DNA of 56,225 nt from Neoconidiobolus thromboides FSU 785 (GCA_025603075.1 MU626393.1:1-56225), one strand, 5' to 3'; shown: positions 13,790 to 26,007, numbered from the stretch's first letter. The notes: generated by a model from the sequence alone, not told the origin. Translations and numbers: made by a program.

Positions 13790-13894
13790 ATATGAGGGTG
13801 TTTTTTTTGGCTTTATCACTTTTTCCATCTTTCAAGCGCTATTTGAGTGGAAAAACTGTTAATAAAATTCTTAAACAAAAATACATCCCCATAT
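13790..13894 (+). mobile_element. MITE copy abutting the TACO1 start codon
   Basis: atat-GAGGGTG...CATCCCC-atat; the right ATAT overlaps ATG at 13893. Confidence 0.88.
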
Positions 13895-15109
13895 GCTACT
13901 TCAACTTTTTAGACAAGTAATATGAAACCAATTAGCAATAATAAATAAATAACAATAACAATAGAATAAACAACTCATCACCAGTGCAGAAAAAATAACA
14001 TTAAGGTATGCAGGGCACAGTAAGTGGGCAAACATTAGGCATACAAAAGGAGCTTTAGATAAAAAACGAGGAGCCGAATTTGCTAAAATCGGATTAGAAT
14101 TAATAGCTGCAATAAAATGTAGGTATTAATAAATTAAATTCGGAAACAAGTTAAGTTAATAAATCATGTTTAGCTGGAGGTGTGGATCCCCAGTTTAATT
14201 TAAGGCTGGCAGCTGCATTAGCGTTAGCTAAAAGTAAAGATTTTCCAAAAAAGAATTTGGAAAATGCTTTTAAAAAGGTAAAGATTTATTTACATATAAT
14301 AATTCGATTACCAAAATTAAATAATAACCAATAGGCAACAGGTAAGACTGAAGATGCAATGAACGAAGTATGTTTTTTTGGTATGGGACCATATTCGTTA
14401 GCTGTTGTTGTGTAAGTTCAGTTTCTATCACTCTATCAATATTTTAATCAATTCCAAATATTCAGCGAGGCTATTACAGCTTCTAGGAATCGTACCATTA
14501 AAGAGATACGTTCTATACTTACTAGGGCTGGGTAGTTAAATTTTTTACTATTGTTGAAGTCAAACTAATAAAATAGGGGTTCGATCACAGATGTTGCTTG
14601 GATGTTTGAAAAAAAAGGTATGTTTGTGGTATACGTTATTACGAATAATAAAACTAGTATAAGACATAAATTATATATATGGTGCAGTGTATAATATGAT
14701 TTTTTTCTAGGAAAAATAATCATATCAAGTAAAAGCGAATCAAACATGGATCTTAATACTTTAATGGAAGAGATGCTCGAGTATGACATTGAAGATATTG
14801 AAGAAGGTGAAGAAGCTAATGATTACGAAGTAAGCAAAGTCAATTTAAAAATAACAAGAAGCTCAAATAAATTATTTACAGATCATTTGTTCTTTTGACC
14901 AACTTGGAAATTTAAGTAATACCATCAATAAGTTGGACAAATATACTATTAAATCTATTAATCCCTATTATCACCCTACTGTTGAATGGCATCCTCCTCA
15001 AACAGAAAATGAAGATGACGTCGTGATTGATGAAATCAATCAATTTTTAAATCAAATTAATGAACTAGATGAAGTTATACGTGTTCATACTAATTTACCA
15101 AACAAATAA
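13893..15109 (+). CDS. TACO1: YebC/PmpR/TACO1-family mitochondrial translation factor
   Basis: MLLQLFRQ|[41 protein letters not shown] (48-nt intron 13917-13964 keeps frame); [12 protein letters not shown]; C-terminal [11 protein letters not shown]. Confidence 0.9.
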
Positions 15110-15210
15110 AATAATAAAACAATATTAAAATATAGACATAATATAATATGACAAAAATGTAACATAAATATAACAATGTATTCTTAATACAAATAAATAA
15201 CAAGTTATTA

Positions 15211-16184
15211 TTAAATAGGATAAGAAGTTAAATAATGATTAAACATAAACGAATTTTCCATTTTTTCAATCCAAACAATGACCAGTTTTAGAGCTGACAA
15301 TAAAGGCTCATTGATTAAACTTCTCTCTTTAGTAATTGAATTCATAACTAAAGGTATTGCTAAAATACTCTTACTCAGTTTTAAACTTAATTTCAAACGT
15401 CCAAATATATTAAAATAAGATAACGAGCACAATTCATTTTGTATAATGTATAACCGGAATATCTCTTCTTTTACTACTTCCATGTATTTATTGCTTACTA
15501 ACTTAAGTTAGATGATCAGTTATATATATTGTGAGTGTTATGTTACCTAATACTATATCTCTTAACTCCATTAGTAATTTATTTGCTGACTCTCTATCTA
15601 TATTTAATTCTGGATTTCTCTGTTGGATAAAATCTAATAATATTGTTATATATGCTAGTAATATAGTAAGCTTAAATTTTTACCTAAAATAGATAATAAA
15701 TTTTCAAAGTTACCATCAACAAAGTCCTTATAAATCTAAACAGAAATTGACTAAATAAATAAAATATGTTTATTTGAATTACCTGTGTTAAAGCATGTAT
15801 AAACGACAACTGAGAGTCAAAGCAAAATGTCTTCTCACCGTTAAAATCATAATTCAATTTACTTGTTGGATTGCTCAATGTTTCATATGCCGACGATAGT
15901 TCTATTCAGCTTTACTTAGTTAAATGATAATTCTAGTTTATGTGTATTTACTTTGAAATGCTCGTGTTGCTTTTGGATGTGTAGGTGACTTATCTGGGTG
16001 ACAATAACGAGATTTCTAAACAAATTTGTCAGGTTTTGATAATTTTGAAGCTGATGTTTTGAATTACTAGTATGTATGCTCTCCTTATCTCTTGAGGACT
16101 GGCATTTTTTGTTACTTGTAAAACATCATAATAACTTTGTTTATTTAATATATCTTCTATTTCTTGATTTTTATCTATTGTCAT
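15211..16184 (-). CDS. J-domain (DnaJ) co-chaperone
   Basis: Spliced SYYDVLQVTKNASPQEIRRAYIL|KSRYCHPDK...RAFQ|KLSSAYETLSNP; HPD motif intact; last exon is ORF 15211..15483. Confidence 0.85.
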
Positions 16185-16802
16185 TTTTGTTATTTTTGTT
16201 ATTTATAAGGATCTCTTTCTTTTTTATTATTGATTGTATCTTCGTTGTATGTAATGTTGAGAAATAGCTTGATTTTTTTAGAAAAAGAGCTATTTTTTGT
16301 TTTTTACGTGGAATTCTTTTGTATCCGTTAGGCTTATCTTTAAAATTTTATTTGTTTTGGTTTTAAAAAGGATAAATACAGATAGAACAGCTTATACTAT
16401 CATGTTATTTTTTGACAAAACTTGTTTAAACAAACTTAAATTTTAAACACAATGCACTTGATAGTATATTATTACATCTGGTTATTTATGAAGACAATCC
16501 TTATTTTTATGAGTTTAGTTCTATTTCTATTCGTTGCTTTATTTAATGTTACTAATAATAATAATTTTACATTATAACCAATAGTTGACTTTATATTGTA
16601 CTACTATTGTTTTGCTATTATTATAATTATTGTAGTTATTTATTATTATCATCTATCACTGTAGATTATAATTAAATGTGAGAAATTATTTCGAAATAAG
16701 CAACAAAAGTCTAGCCATAGATCAACCAATAAAACAAACTTATATTTTATTAACTTAGTTTAGATTCCAATTAAATTTCTTATTTTATTTGAATCAAAAA
16801 AA

Positions 16803-17213
16803 ATGAGTGTAATGACAATACATAATATCATATAACAATTACTAAACTTCAACTAGTCTCCATTTATGATAGGATTTGGTGTATTAGGAGGTGCTTTTTT
16901 AGCTGGGTATGCAGTAAGACGTGGCCGTGGTTTAAATAATGGCGGGAAGTTTCTAAGGGGCGGATTTGATGCTAAGATGAATAAAACAGAGGCTGCTCAA
17001 ATTTTAGGCTTAAAGTAGGTTTTATTTGATTTATTCAATCAAACATTAATTGACTTTTTTTATAATAGAGAGACTGGATTAACTAAAGATAAAATTAAAG
17101 TTGCACACCGTAGAATTATGTTAGCTAACCATCCAGATCGTGGAGGTTCCCCTTACTTGGCTACTAAAATTAATGAAGCAAAAGAATTTTTAGAAGGCAA
17201 AGCCAAGAAATAG
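16803..17213 (+). CDS. PAM18: Mitochondrial import motor J-protein Pam18/Tim14
   Basis: [18 protein letters not shown]|...[29 protein letters not shown]. Confidence 0.95.
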
Positions 17214-17288
17214 AGAATAAAATACTTTAATTTTAATTTTAAATAAACAGTAGAAAAAATTGATTTATTTATCATTATGAAAGTGAAT

Positions 17289-18138
17289 TCATAATTTAGG
17301 CATTGGAATTGTAGTTAAATAGCCTGGATTAAAGTGACTAAGTTGTTTAATAACTTCGGAATATAGCTCAGCTCTTAAATTCGAGTAAGTTGAATTATTG
17401 TTATTTTTGGCAATTGTTTTAGCAAACTCAAAACCATAGTTCAATAATGAGTCTTTTGGCTTTATATCATCAACAAGTGCAGCTTGCTTTGCTTCCTTGC
17501 CAGTAAAACGATGACCTTGTAATATGATCTTTTTTGCTATTACTGGATCCCTAACCTTCTGTTTTATCAGTTCTACTAAGCCGGGTGGTATCGCGGCTGG
17601 CATATCAACTTCATTCTTTTTAAAAGTTAACCAAAAAACTAATAGAAAAATAAAAATATTACCATGCATAAATAGCCGTGTTCACTTCGCATAAAGATAT
17701 AATCAAAACATAAAGTAAAAGTCTAAAATTTTTGGTGATTAAATATCAAACTTAACAAATAACATATATAATTACGAAACCAGCAGCAAAAGAGTGACCC
17801 TGAACTACAGCTATCGTAGGTATCGGGAAGGTTAACAAATTTGATAATAATTGATAATACCGTTCTAAAGAAGTTAGCTGAGAGTCTTTACCCCCAATTA
17901 TTGCCATAACATCCATACCATTTGAAAATATATTGCCATTATTGGAAATTAATAAAGCACAATTCTTTTTCTTCTTTATCTGTTGCCTTATATAACTTAA
18001 ACATTCTATTATAATTGAGCAACTATCTATGCTAAATAACTTTTGTTTGGTTATTAGATTTATGTAGTAGACTCGATCATCCAATACTCTTAATTCGAGA
18101 AGCTTAGGCTCTCTGTCATCTTGTGGAAATAGTAGCAT
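17289..18138 (-). CDS. Enoyl-CoA hydratase/isomerase (crotonase) family, probably peroxisomal delta3,delta2-enoyl-CoA isomerase
   Basis: FSNGMD, LLTFPIPTIAVVQGHSFAAGF|TFTLCFDYIFMR..LCM|NEVD; C-terminus PKL. Confidence 0.85.
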
Positions 18139-18589
18139 TTTTATTGAACAGAAGATGCTATTTCCAAATAGAACTATTTATAATAAATAGAATACTTATA
18201 ATTTATCCTAAACGTTTTACAGGTTTATTGCATGTTTGCTTTTTTGATTGGGTTTCGTTTTACTTTCAAATGCTTTTAATATTCAACCATAAACTTTGGT
18301 AGAGGTTTTTTATTGCCATACCAAAATGATCATAGAAAAAGGTTAATACACATGGCATCAAGAACAAATCATAGCAGTTCGTAATTCACAATAATTTGAG
18401 CCTTTCTGACTGCTATTTAGCCAAACTCTCAATTTATAAAGGTATCTAATAAACAAATAAAACCAAAAATCCAATCCTTAGATTAGAACATTGTTTTTAA
18501 CTTAGTTTTGAATGCAATTTATCTGTACAATCATAAAGAAGCAATCAAACGAGACAATGATAAATTAAAAAGATGATATTATTCGAATG

Positions 18590-18960
18590 TATAATGAGAT
18601 ATCCAATGGAACTTGTAAGAATTTGTGCTAACTGTGGAACAAAACAAAGAACAACTAAGGAGTGGCAGGACAATCGTTATAACTACTGTGCTCCAATGAA
18701 TGTTATTTTATAAAAAAAAGGACCTGAAATAATCAGAAAACTTGGAAAAAACAAATATACAAAAGGATGGGAGATTAAAAAGGTTTAACACTATAACTAA
18801 ATATATATAGGATGAGATATGGAGCTTATTAAAATTCGGTAAGTGAGCAAGGAGATTCAATCAGAAAATTGGCAGAAATATTATCTATGAGCTGTAGTAC
18901 TTCGACGAGTATTATTCTAAAGAAAAAAAGGATCGAAAGTGACTCAAAATGTAGATAAAT
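18590..18960 (+). mobile_element. Possible DNA-transposon relic (HTH fragment)
   Basis: 18842-: SEQGDSIRKLAEILSMSCSTSTSII resembles transposase HTH motifs (G.SIR.IA..L..S.ST); an upstream ICANCGT; broken by stops; no DDE domain or TIRs found. Confidence 0.3.
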
Positions 18961-20392
18961 TCAGTATAGCAGGGGATAGCAAAATAGGTATCCAAGAAAA
19001 AGATGAAACGAGTATTATAACCATTATTTAAATAATGTGTATGAATATGATAAAGTGTATACATAAGAGGATAAACAAGTAGCCCTACCAAAAGAAATTA
19101 AAAAAATATCAATGTTTCTTAAAATATTGATGTAGAAGTCAACATTAAAAAGGTCATACTATTGCTGTTGAGTAACCAAGAAATATTCAATAAGGTTATA
19201 TTGAAAAGACTCTCTGTTAATTACAACGATATAAATGCTTTTTTTTGAATGAAAAAGAAAGATCAACCATTAAAGTGATGATACGATATAAGATAGCATC
19301 AATTTCTTGCGTTTCAATAAAACAGGTTACTTTTATGATCAAGGAAATTAGTGAGAAAGTATACATGTAAGTTTTAAGCTAAATATAAAAGATGCTATAT
19401 AGATGGGTGAATATTAGATTAGAATGACCTTTAGTGAGAAAACCACTACAATTACCAAATATATTCTTTAGGATATAGCTTATAAGCTATATAAGTAAAC
19501 GGAAGGGCTATATTATCCAAAATAGTACAATATACTGCTTATTTTATTGAGTACCCTTGTAATAATATAAAAGACATTTATTTATGAGTTAGGCATCAAG
19601 TACCAGTTAAAAAATAAAAGTACGTAGCCTTTAAATCAAAACAGCTGACTTACAGATAGTCAATTGTAAATAATAATAGAGCATGTGTTACTATTTGAAG
19701 TATCCTGAGAAAAATACTTAGTTATGTATTGTCTGATACTATAGGTAATGCATAATCTTTCCTATACTTACTAATTAACTTGATATCATCTTTACTCGAT
19801 ATCAAGAACGAGCTAAACTTAGACAATCAAAGGTAATCCGAGGGTCTAAAGGGCTAAGAAAGCAACGGAATTATCAGATAATACTAAATTTCAAGCTAAT
19901 TTCTATTATTTTATTTTTGAGTGTCGAATTCTTTAGAACAGATTTTTTCCGATAAACAACTTCACAAGAACTTGTTTGTTTTGATACTCAAATACTTTTC
20001 AAAATATGAAAATCAATCTGAGAGATTTGATTAAATATTCAAGCTTGACAATTAATGAGTCAGAAACATGAATTATTTCGTGATATGATGAAATGCAGTT
20101 TTGATAATCGCATAAATTTCCTTCTGGATAACTTGAAGCTATTAAATGAACGATTTCAAAAGACTGTATAGTATCCCTTAACTTCAAGTATACCATAATC
20201 TCCCCATCCTACTTTACTATTGTATATAAGTATTAACATCCTCTTAAAAGAATAAATAAATAACTTTAGACTTTGATTATATTTATAAAGTCACAATAGC
20301 TTATAAAACATTTCGCTTTAAATGAGAGGGGCAATATATTTTACAGACTCCCTACTATGGATCCTTTGATCATGTTCAGTTGATAAAGTATT

Positions 20393-20497
20393 ATATGGGG
20401 ATGTTTTTCTTGATTTCATTACTTTTCTATCTTTTAAGCGGTATTTGGACGGAAAGATTATTAGCAAATTCTTAAACATAAAAATACATCCCCATAT
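20393..20497 (+). mobile_element. MITE copy
   Basis: atat-GGGGATG...CATCCCC-atat. Confidence 0.88.
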
Positions 20498-21300
20498 TGA
20501 TTTTCAAAAAAATAACTTTAACACAATATAATTTCTATAAAAAGTAGTTTGTGTCTGTCATTTCTTGCTTCATTTGTTTGTCTATTTTCCAAGCGCCCAT
20601 AAGAGGAATTTTTGGGAGTTCTTAAACAAAAGCCATACTCAGATCGTTTTCCCACACTCTATATTTTAAAAAATAAAGCCACTTTGTATGAATAGCCTAC
20701 AGTTCTAATATTAAAAATAGGCTGCTTACTCTACAGTTGTCTTTTTGAACAATGTATAATCTGAATTATAATTATGATATATTTTTCAAATCCTTCACCA
20801 ATTATTTTGGTTAAAGGCATTTCATAAATAACTTCAGACTTTTTACCAAAATTAATGGTAGGGATATAGAATTGCGGTATCAAAATGTATTCACTGAAAA
20901 ATAACTCTCATTTTTAGGTATTAAATATATATGTTATTGCATCCGAGAACACTATTCTTTTTTAATCAAAAACTATTGTTATTCATAAAACGACTGTATT
21001 TCTTTTATAAACCCATTACTAAATGAAATGGATTATTTCTAATGTGTTAAACCTTTATAGAGTTTATAAAAAATTTAGCCTGAAAAATGTGAATTGTTTT
21101 ATACAGTGCTAGTGGGAAACACTGAACAGTTTCATGTAAAAGTATTGCTGTTTACTATCAACTATTGAAATCTTAAACAGAAACAGATGAAAAATGACAA
21201 ACTCTATAATTAAATGTACAATGATTTATAAATAGTAATTAATTTTATTTTTAATAATTAAAGAGAAGGAAAAATAATTTAAATGAATATAATACGACCA

Positions 21301-21879
21301 TTATACTCTAACCCACTGCCTAGTACCATCCTCCAGTACTTTCTTCTGAATACGCCTTCTACGTGCGTTAATAAACCAATGACTTAATTGAGAAGCAGAT
21401 ACACCAGTTGCAGCAGCAATTTGGTCTTTTTCTTTTTCAGTTGGGAACGGATCATGAAGATGAGTGTATAACCAATTTTCCAAATAATCGATTGTTGCTT
21501 TAGGGAAATTGGGTCTTTTTTTGATTATTGAGTTGTTGTTATTTGATTGCCTAGCTGATGCTTTATATGGACGATAACTTGGTTTCTTCTTTTGCTCATC
21601 GCTCATTTTAGGCGATGACAATATGTTTATATTATTCACTTGATGCCCATCCCCCGAATAATCATAAGATGATAATCCTTCTGAAGTTGAATGTAGGGAA
21701 GCGCTAGTTGGAGGATGAAACGTAGAAGCATTGTTATTATCACTTAAGCAAAGAGATTTTGTATCATAACTAGGTGAGGAAGCGTGATCAAATGAGGAAG
21801 TGTAACTATGGCTAGTCGATTCATATAATTTAGAATCCCAATTCCTGAATAGATTGTTGTATGAATTATATGTAGACAT
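21301..21879 (-). CDS. TALE-class homeodomain transcription factor (Cup9/TGIF-like), intronless
   Basis: KKRPNFPKATIDYLENWLYTHLHDPFPTEKEK...QLSHWFINARRR; Ser-rich N-terminus; first ATG at 21879 (the ORF-track start at 21900 is TTG). Confidence 0.9.
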   Translation of the reverse strand: MSTYNSYNNLFRNWDSKLYESTSHSYTSSFDHASSPSYDTKSLCLSDNNNASTFHPPTSASLHSTSEGLSSYDYSGDGHQVNNINILSSPKMSDEQKKKPSYRPYKASARQSNNNNSIIKKRPNFPKATIDYLENWLYTHLHDPFPTEKEKDQIAAATGVSASQLSHWFINARRRRIQKKVLEDGTRQWVRV

Positions 21880-23573
21880 CTTTACAATTACAATAGTCAA
21901 AAGTAAATGATAGGAATAATTTAAAATAAAAAAGGATTTTCTTTTGATTTTGATAAAGTACCATTTGGTTTCTTTTATACTTTTTTCACTCTTAAACTAA
22001 ACCCCAAGATAACATCATATTCCATTAAGATGGTAGATAAAATCTGTCAAATTTTATATTATTAGATAATAAGAGCCTTATATATACTAAAATTAGTAAT
22101 TAAAGCATTTACTTCACAGCCTCTTGCAGTATTTTACTATAAAATGACCTAATCTCAATGGTCTAATATAACTATAAAATCACGCCATCTTCAAGCTAGC
22201 TTTGCTAATTTACTTTGACAGATTTCTAATTTGAAAGCAATTCAACAGAATAAATACAACATGATTTATTCAAAACGAAGATTACTATCACTTTATCTAA
22301 TAGAAACATACTATAATAAGTTTTAAATAGCGTATTAGATACTAAGTAAAGCAAAACTATTTTATAATATCATAAATAATTTGAAAGCAAGTTAAAAGAC
22401 AATTGTTTGTTTATTTTTATTGCTAATAATATTTGAAGATTAATAATCAAACGAGCCAATTAAAGTAAAATTTTAATATTTGTAATTCTTTAGTAAAATG
22501 ATAACACAGTAAAGATGAATCAGGTCAAGTAAGATTTTATCACCATTTGTGTCAATCTGATCTACATACTAGTACTAGTACTATAATAGTATTACTATTA
22601 TCATTGTATTGTTAATATTATATTTTATAGTACTACACTGTACTGTATTTGTAGTTATTATAATATCATTATTAGCAGCATATACCAATTATATTATACT
22701 TTAACACATTACTATCAAATAAAATAGTCACTAAGGCTAACAAATTATAAATTATTATTAAGCTTTATTATCATCAACAATAAATAACTAAAATGACACC
22801 ATATTGATAAATGGTTGTTAAATACATTTAATACCATTGTTCTTACTATTGTAAATCGTTTTAAATAAAGTTAATAAATAATGATACAGATATAATAGTA
22901 ATTTTATTAATTTTGTTAATTTTAAATATAATCCTAGTTATTTTTAATAATAGAATGTGGATATCTACTTTCTTTCAAGTATGATTTCAAAAAATATTAT
23001 TCCGAATATGTCAAAGAGTAATTTACTTTAAGAGTACAAACCAAACTGCATAACTCAATCAAATAAGTTTTGATATAGGTTGTCAAGCCTTTAAATCCGC
23101 TTTTATATAAAAAAAGGTAAAATAATAGGATTAGAAATTTACTTTACTATACTTCCATATCCAGTCACCTATCAATTTATCTAAAATACATCAAATAGCG
23201 AACTTTACACTTAATAGTACTTTAAGTCATTTGAATCATTTGACATTTTGCATGAAATATATAACATTTAATATCATAAATTTCATCTTTTTTTACTAGC
23301 TAATGTTTAAAAAATATTAATTGCATGCATTAGTTACATTTTTCAAAATGCTTAATTTCTTAATATAAAATAAAATGTATAAAAAATTAGTTAAAAAATT
23401 GATCACACTATAATACTTAAATGTTTATAAAGCTATAACTTAAATTAAAAATAAAAAAGTAAAAACAAAATTTCTTAGTAGTTTTATCATTTTCTATTAA
23501 AGCAGATCAGTTAGTAAATGAGATTTTATAAATTCATTATTAAATTAAGCATTTCATTGTAGAAACATATTCA

Positions 23574-23678
23574 ATACAAAAATGTTTTTTTATTTTATCA
23601 CTTTCTTTATCCTTTTAATCATTATTTAAGTAAAAAAGCTATCAAAAAATTTTTAAATAAAAAAATACCTTTTTATAA
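23574..23678 (+). mobile_element. Heavily transition-decayed MITE copy
   Basis: AAAAATGTTTTTT...TTTAATCATTATTTAAGTAAAAAAG...AATACCTTTTT matches the consensus once G>A and C>T changes are allowed. Confidence 0.6.
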
Positions 23679-24302
23679 ATTTGTTAAAATATTTTTTCAA
23701 CAATTTAAATTTAAAGTTAGATTCTTTTACAATAACTGTTTTTTTTAATTATTTATTATTATCATTATATTTATAAAGTGGTGATTTAAAAACATAACAA
23801 AAAATTTAAAATAAAGTTTGGAATATAATAATTTTAAAAGATTATTAATTTTAAAAATAAGTTTACATATATTTAAGCAAATATTTAAATTTAAACTATT
23901 AAAATTTAATACATTGTTTAGTTTATTAATTATAAGATATTGGTTTATTAGCTCTATAATTGATCATAACATAATAATCACTTAATTTATTTATAAAACT
24001 AACTGCAGTTTTATGATTAACATAATTGTGATTTATATAGTATAACTAATTCAAAGTTCCTTTAATTTAATTTGCTATGAGAATTTTTGTTACTTAGTTA
24101 TAAAAAACATTATTTTTTTATTTTAATATCTATGTTTAGCAATTATAATAAAAAATTATGACTATTATCATGCTTTTTATATACACTCTTTTTTAACTGA
24201 ATTATTTCCTAATATTAAACTTTAATAAAGCTATTAAGTTTTGTAGTATTTTGTATAAATTTTGTAATAATATTTTTTATTTTATGTAGTTTATAGCTTA
24301 CT

Positions 24303-24408
24303 ATATGGGGATGTTTTTTTTGGTTTCATTACTTTCTCCATTTTTAAGCCCTATTTGAGAGGAAAAATTGTTAATAAAATTCATAAACACAAAAATATAG
24401 TCCCATAT
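24303..24408 (+). mobile_element. MITE copy
   Basis: atat-GGGGATG...GTCCC-atat-gcta. Confidence 0.85.
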
Positions 24409-24854
24409 GCTATTTTTATCAACTTAAGTTTATTTTAGTTATACAAACTAATATTTTTTGACTTGTAGCCAGCTAATTAAGCAAAAACTCCTTTTAACTC
24501 TGGCCATTAAGTATTTAATTTTATATAATACACATAAATCAAAAAATAATAATATTTTAGTTTTTTAATTAACTGGAACTTAATAAAATTTGAGTTGACT
24601 GTTTTTGATTAAAACATTAATTAATAATTAACATGAATAAGCTTTAATAAAGTCTATTATACTATCATCAATAATATTTATCAAAATATTATTAAAATTA
24701 TAAAAGATTTATATTCTTTAACTTAAAATATTTGTGTTTACTGTGAAAATTAATGTTTAATAATTAGAATTAAAAACAATTTTTAATTAATTGATTATAG
24801 GTTAAAAGGGTTTAGTTCGTTTAATTAAAATAAGTTTAGATTAATAAAAATAGC

Positions 24855-24960
24855 ATATGGGGATGTTTTTTTTAACTTCATTATTTTTTCATCTTTTAAG
24901 CACTATTTGAGCGGAAAAACTGTTAGTAGAATAATGAAACCAAAAAAAACATCCTCATAT
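24855..24960 (+). mobile_element. MITE copy whose right end mirrors its left end
   Basis: tagc-atat-GGGGATG...ATAATGAAACCAAAAAAAACATCCTC-atat. Confidence 0.85.
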
Positions 24961-25005
24961 AATAAGCTATAAACTATATAAAATACTATAAATAATATTC
25001 AATAG

Positions 25006-25469
25006 TGTGAAATCTGGTACTTAGTGGTTGGAGTCAGAAGCAGTCTTTCCTTGATTGACTAGCCGTAAGTTGAAAAGTCTTAGTTTATACGACTAAAATA
25101 GACTTGAGTTATGAAAAATAGTGTGTAATATACTACAGACTATGTAAGACAAATAGAATAGACAACATTACTATAAAACTTAAGTAAAATACTATTAAGA
25201 AAATTTAATGGCTTTATTAAATGTATGAGATATCAGGGAATAATTCAATTAAAAAGCCCAGAATTGTGATGTCCTAAAATCTCTTTTATACTCCAACAAG
25301 TATGGATATTGAAATGAGAGGATAACATTCCTTGGAATAAAGTTGAAAATTCTCGCAGCAAATCAAAATAAGAGACTTTGAACTGATTATGCCTGAATTT
25401 GAAAACACAGTAACTTAAGTGATTATTATATTGTAATCAATTATAAAGATGACAAAGCGGTATTTCACA
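25006..25469. mobile_element. Solo LTR copy 1 (464 bp)
   Basis: TGTGAAAT...ATTTCACA termini; colinear with copy 2 plus a ~60 bp extra segment; flanks AATAG/ATAAA are not a clean TSD. Confidence 0.7.
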
Positions 25470-25607
25470 ATAAATTTATTAAAAAACATAATATTAAAAA
25501 TAATCTAATAAAAAGCTTTAAGTTTTTATATTATATTTTTTTATAAAGTTAAATAAAAAACTGAATTAGGTATATTTGAATTTAAAAATGTAGTAATTTT
25601 TAGTAAT

Positions 25608-26007
25608 TGTGAAATCTGGTACTCAGGGTTTGGAGTCAAGAACAGCTATTGCTGGGTTGACTACACTATAAGTCGAAAGGTCTTAGTTTATGTGACTAAG
25701 ATAGACTTGGGTTACGAGGAATAGCACGTAATAGGTTACAAGCTATATAAAACAAATGGAATAGACAATACTAATGTAAAATCTATGTAAAATACTATTA
25801 AGAAAACTTAGTGGCTTTATTAAATGTTCGAGATATCAGGGATTAATTCAGTTAAAAAGCCTCGAACTATTATACTCTGTAAACTCTTTTATACTCTGAA
25901 AAGTATAAGTATCAAAATGAGAAGATAATATTCTTTTGGGTGGAACTAGAAATTCTCATAACAAATCAAAATAATTAACCATGGGACTGACGAAGCGATA
26001 TTTCACA
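25608..26007. mobile_element. Solo LTR copy 2 (400 bp) with 5-bp TSD
   Basis: GTAAT-TGTGAAAT...ATTTCACA-GTAAT; TG..CA ends; internal TATATAAAA. Confidence 0.8.

Noticed and set aside
16452-16577. 41-codon hydrophobic ORF between the DnaJ gene and PAM18
   Set aside because: Expected by chance in T-rich DNA; no supporting splice or codon signal.
15211-17213. Head-to-head arrangement of two J-domain genes
   Set aside because: Different J-protein classes with no similarity beyond the HPD domain; adjacency is most simply chance.
25006-26007. The two LTRs as one TRIM or collapsed retroelement
   Set aside because: Copy 2 has its own GTAAT duplication, the outer flanks do not match, and I saw no PBS or PPT in the 138-bp spacer.
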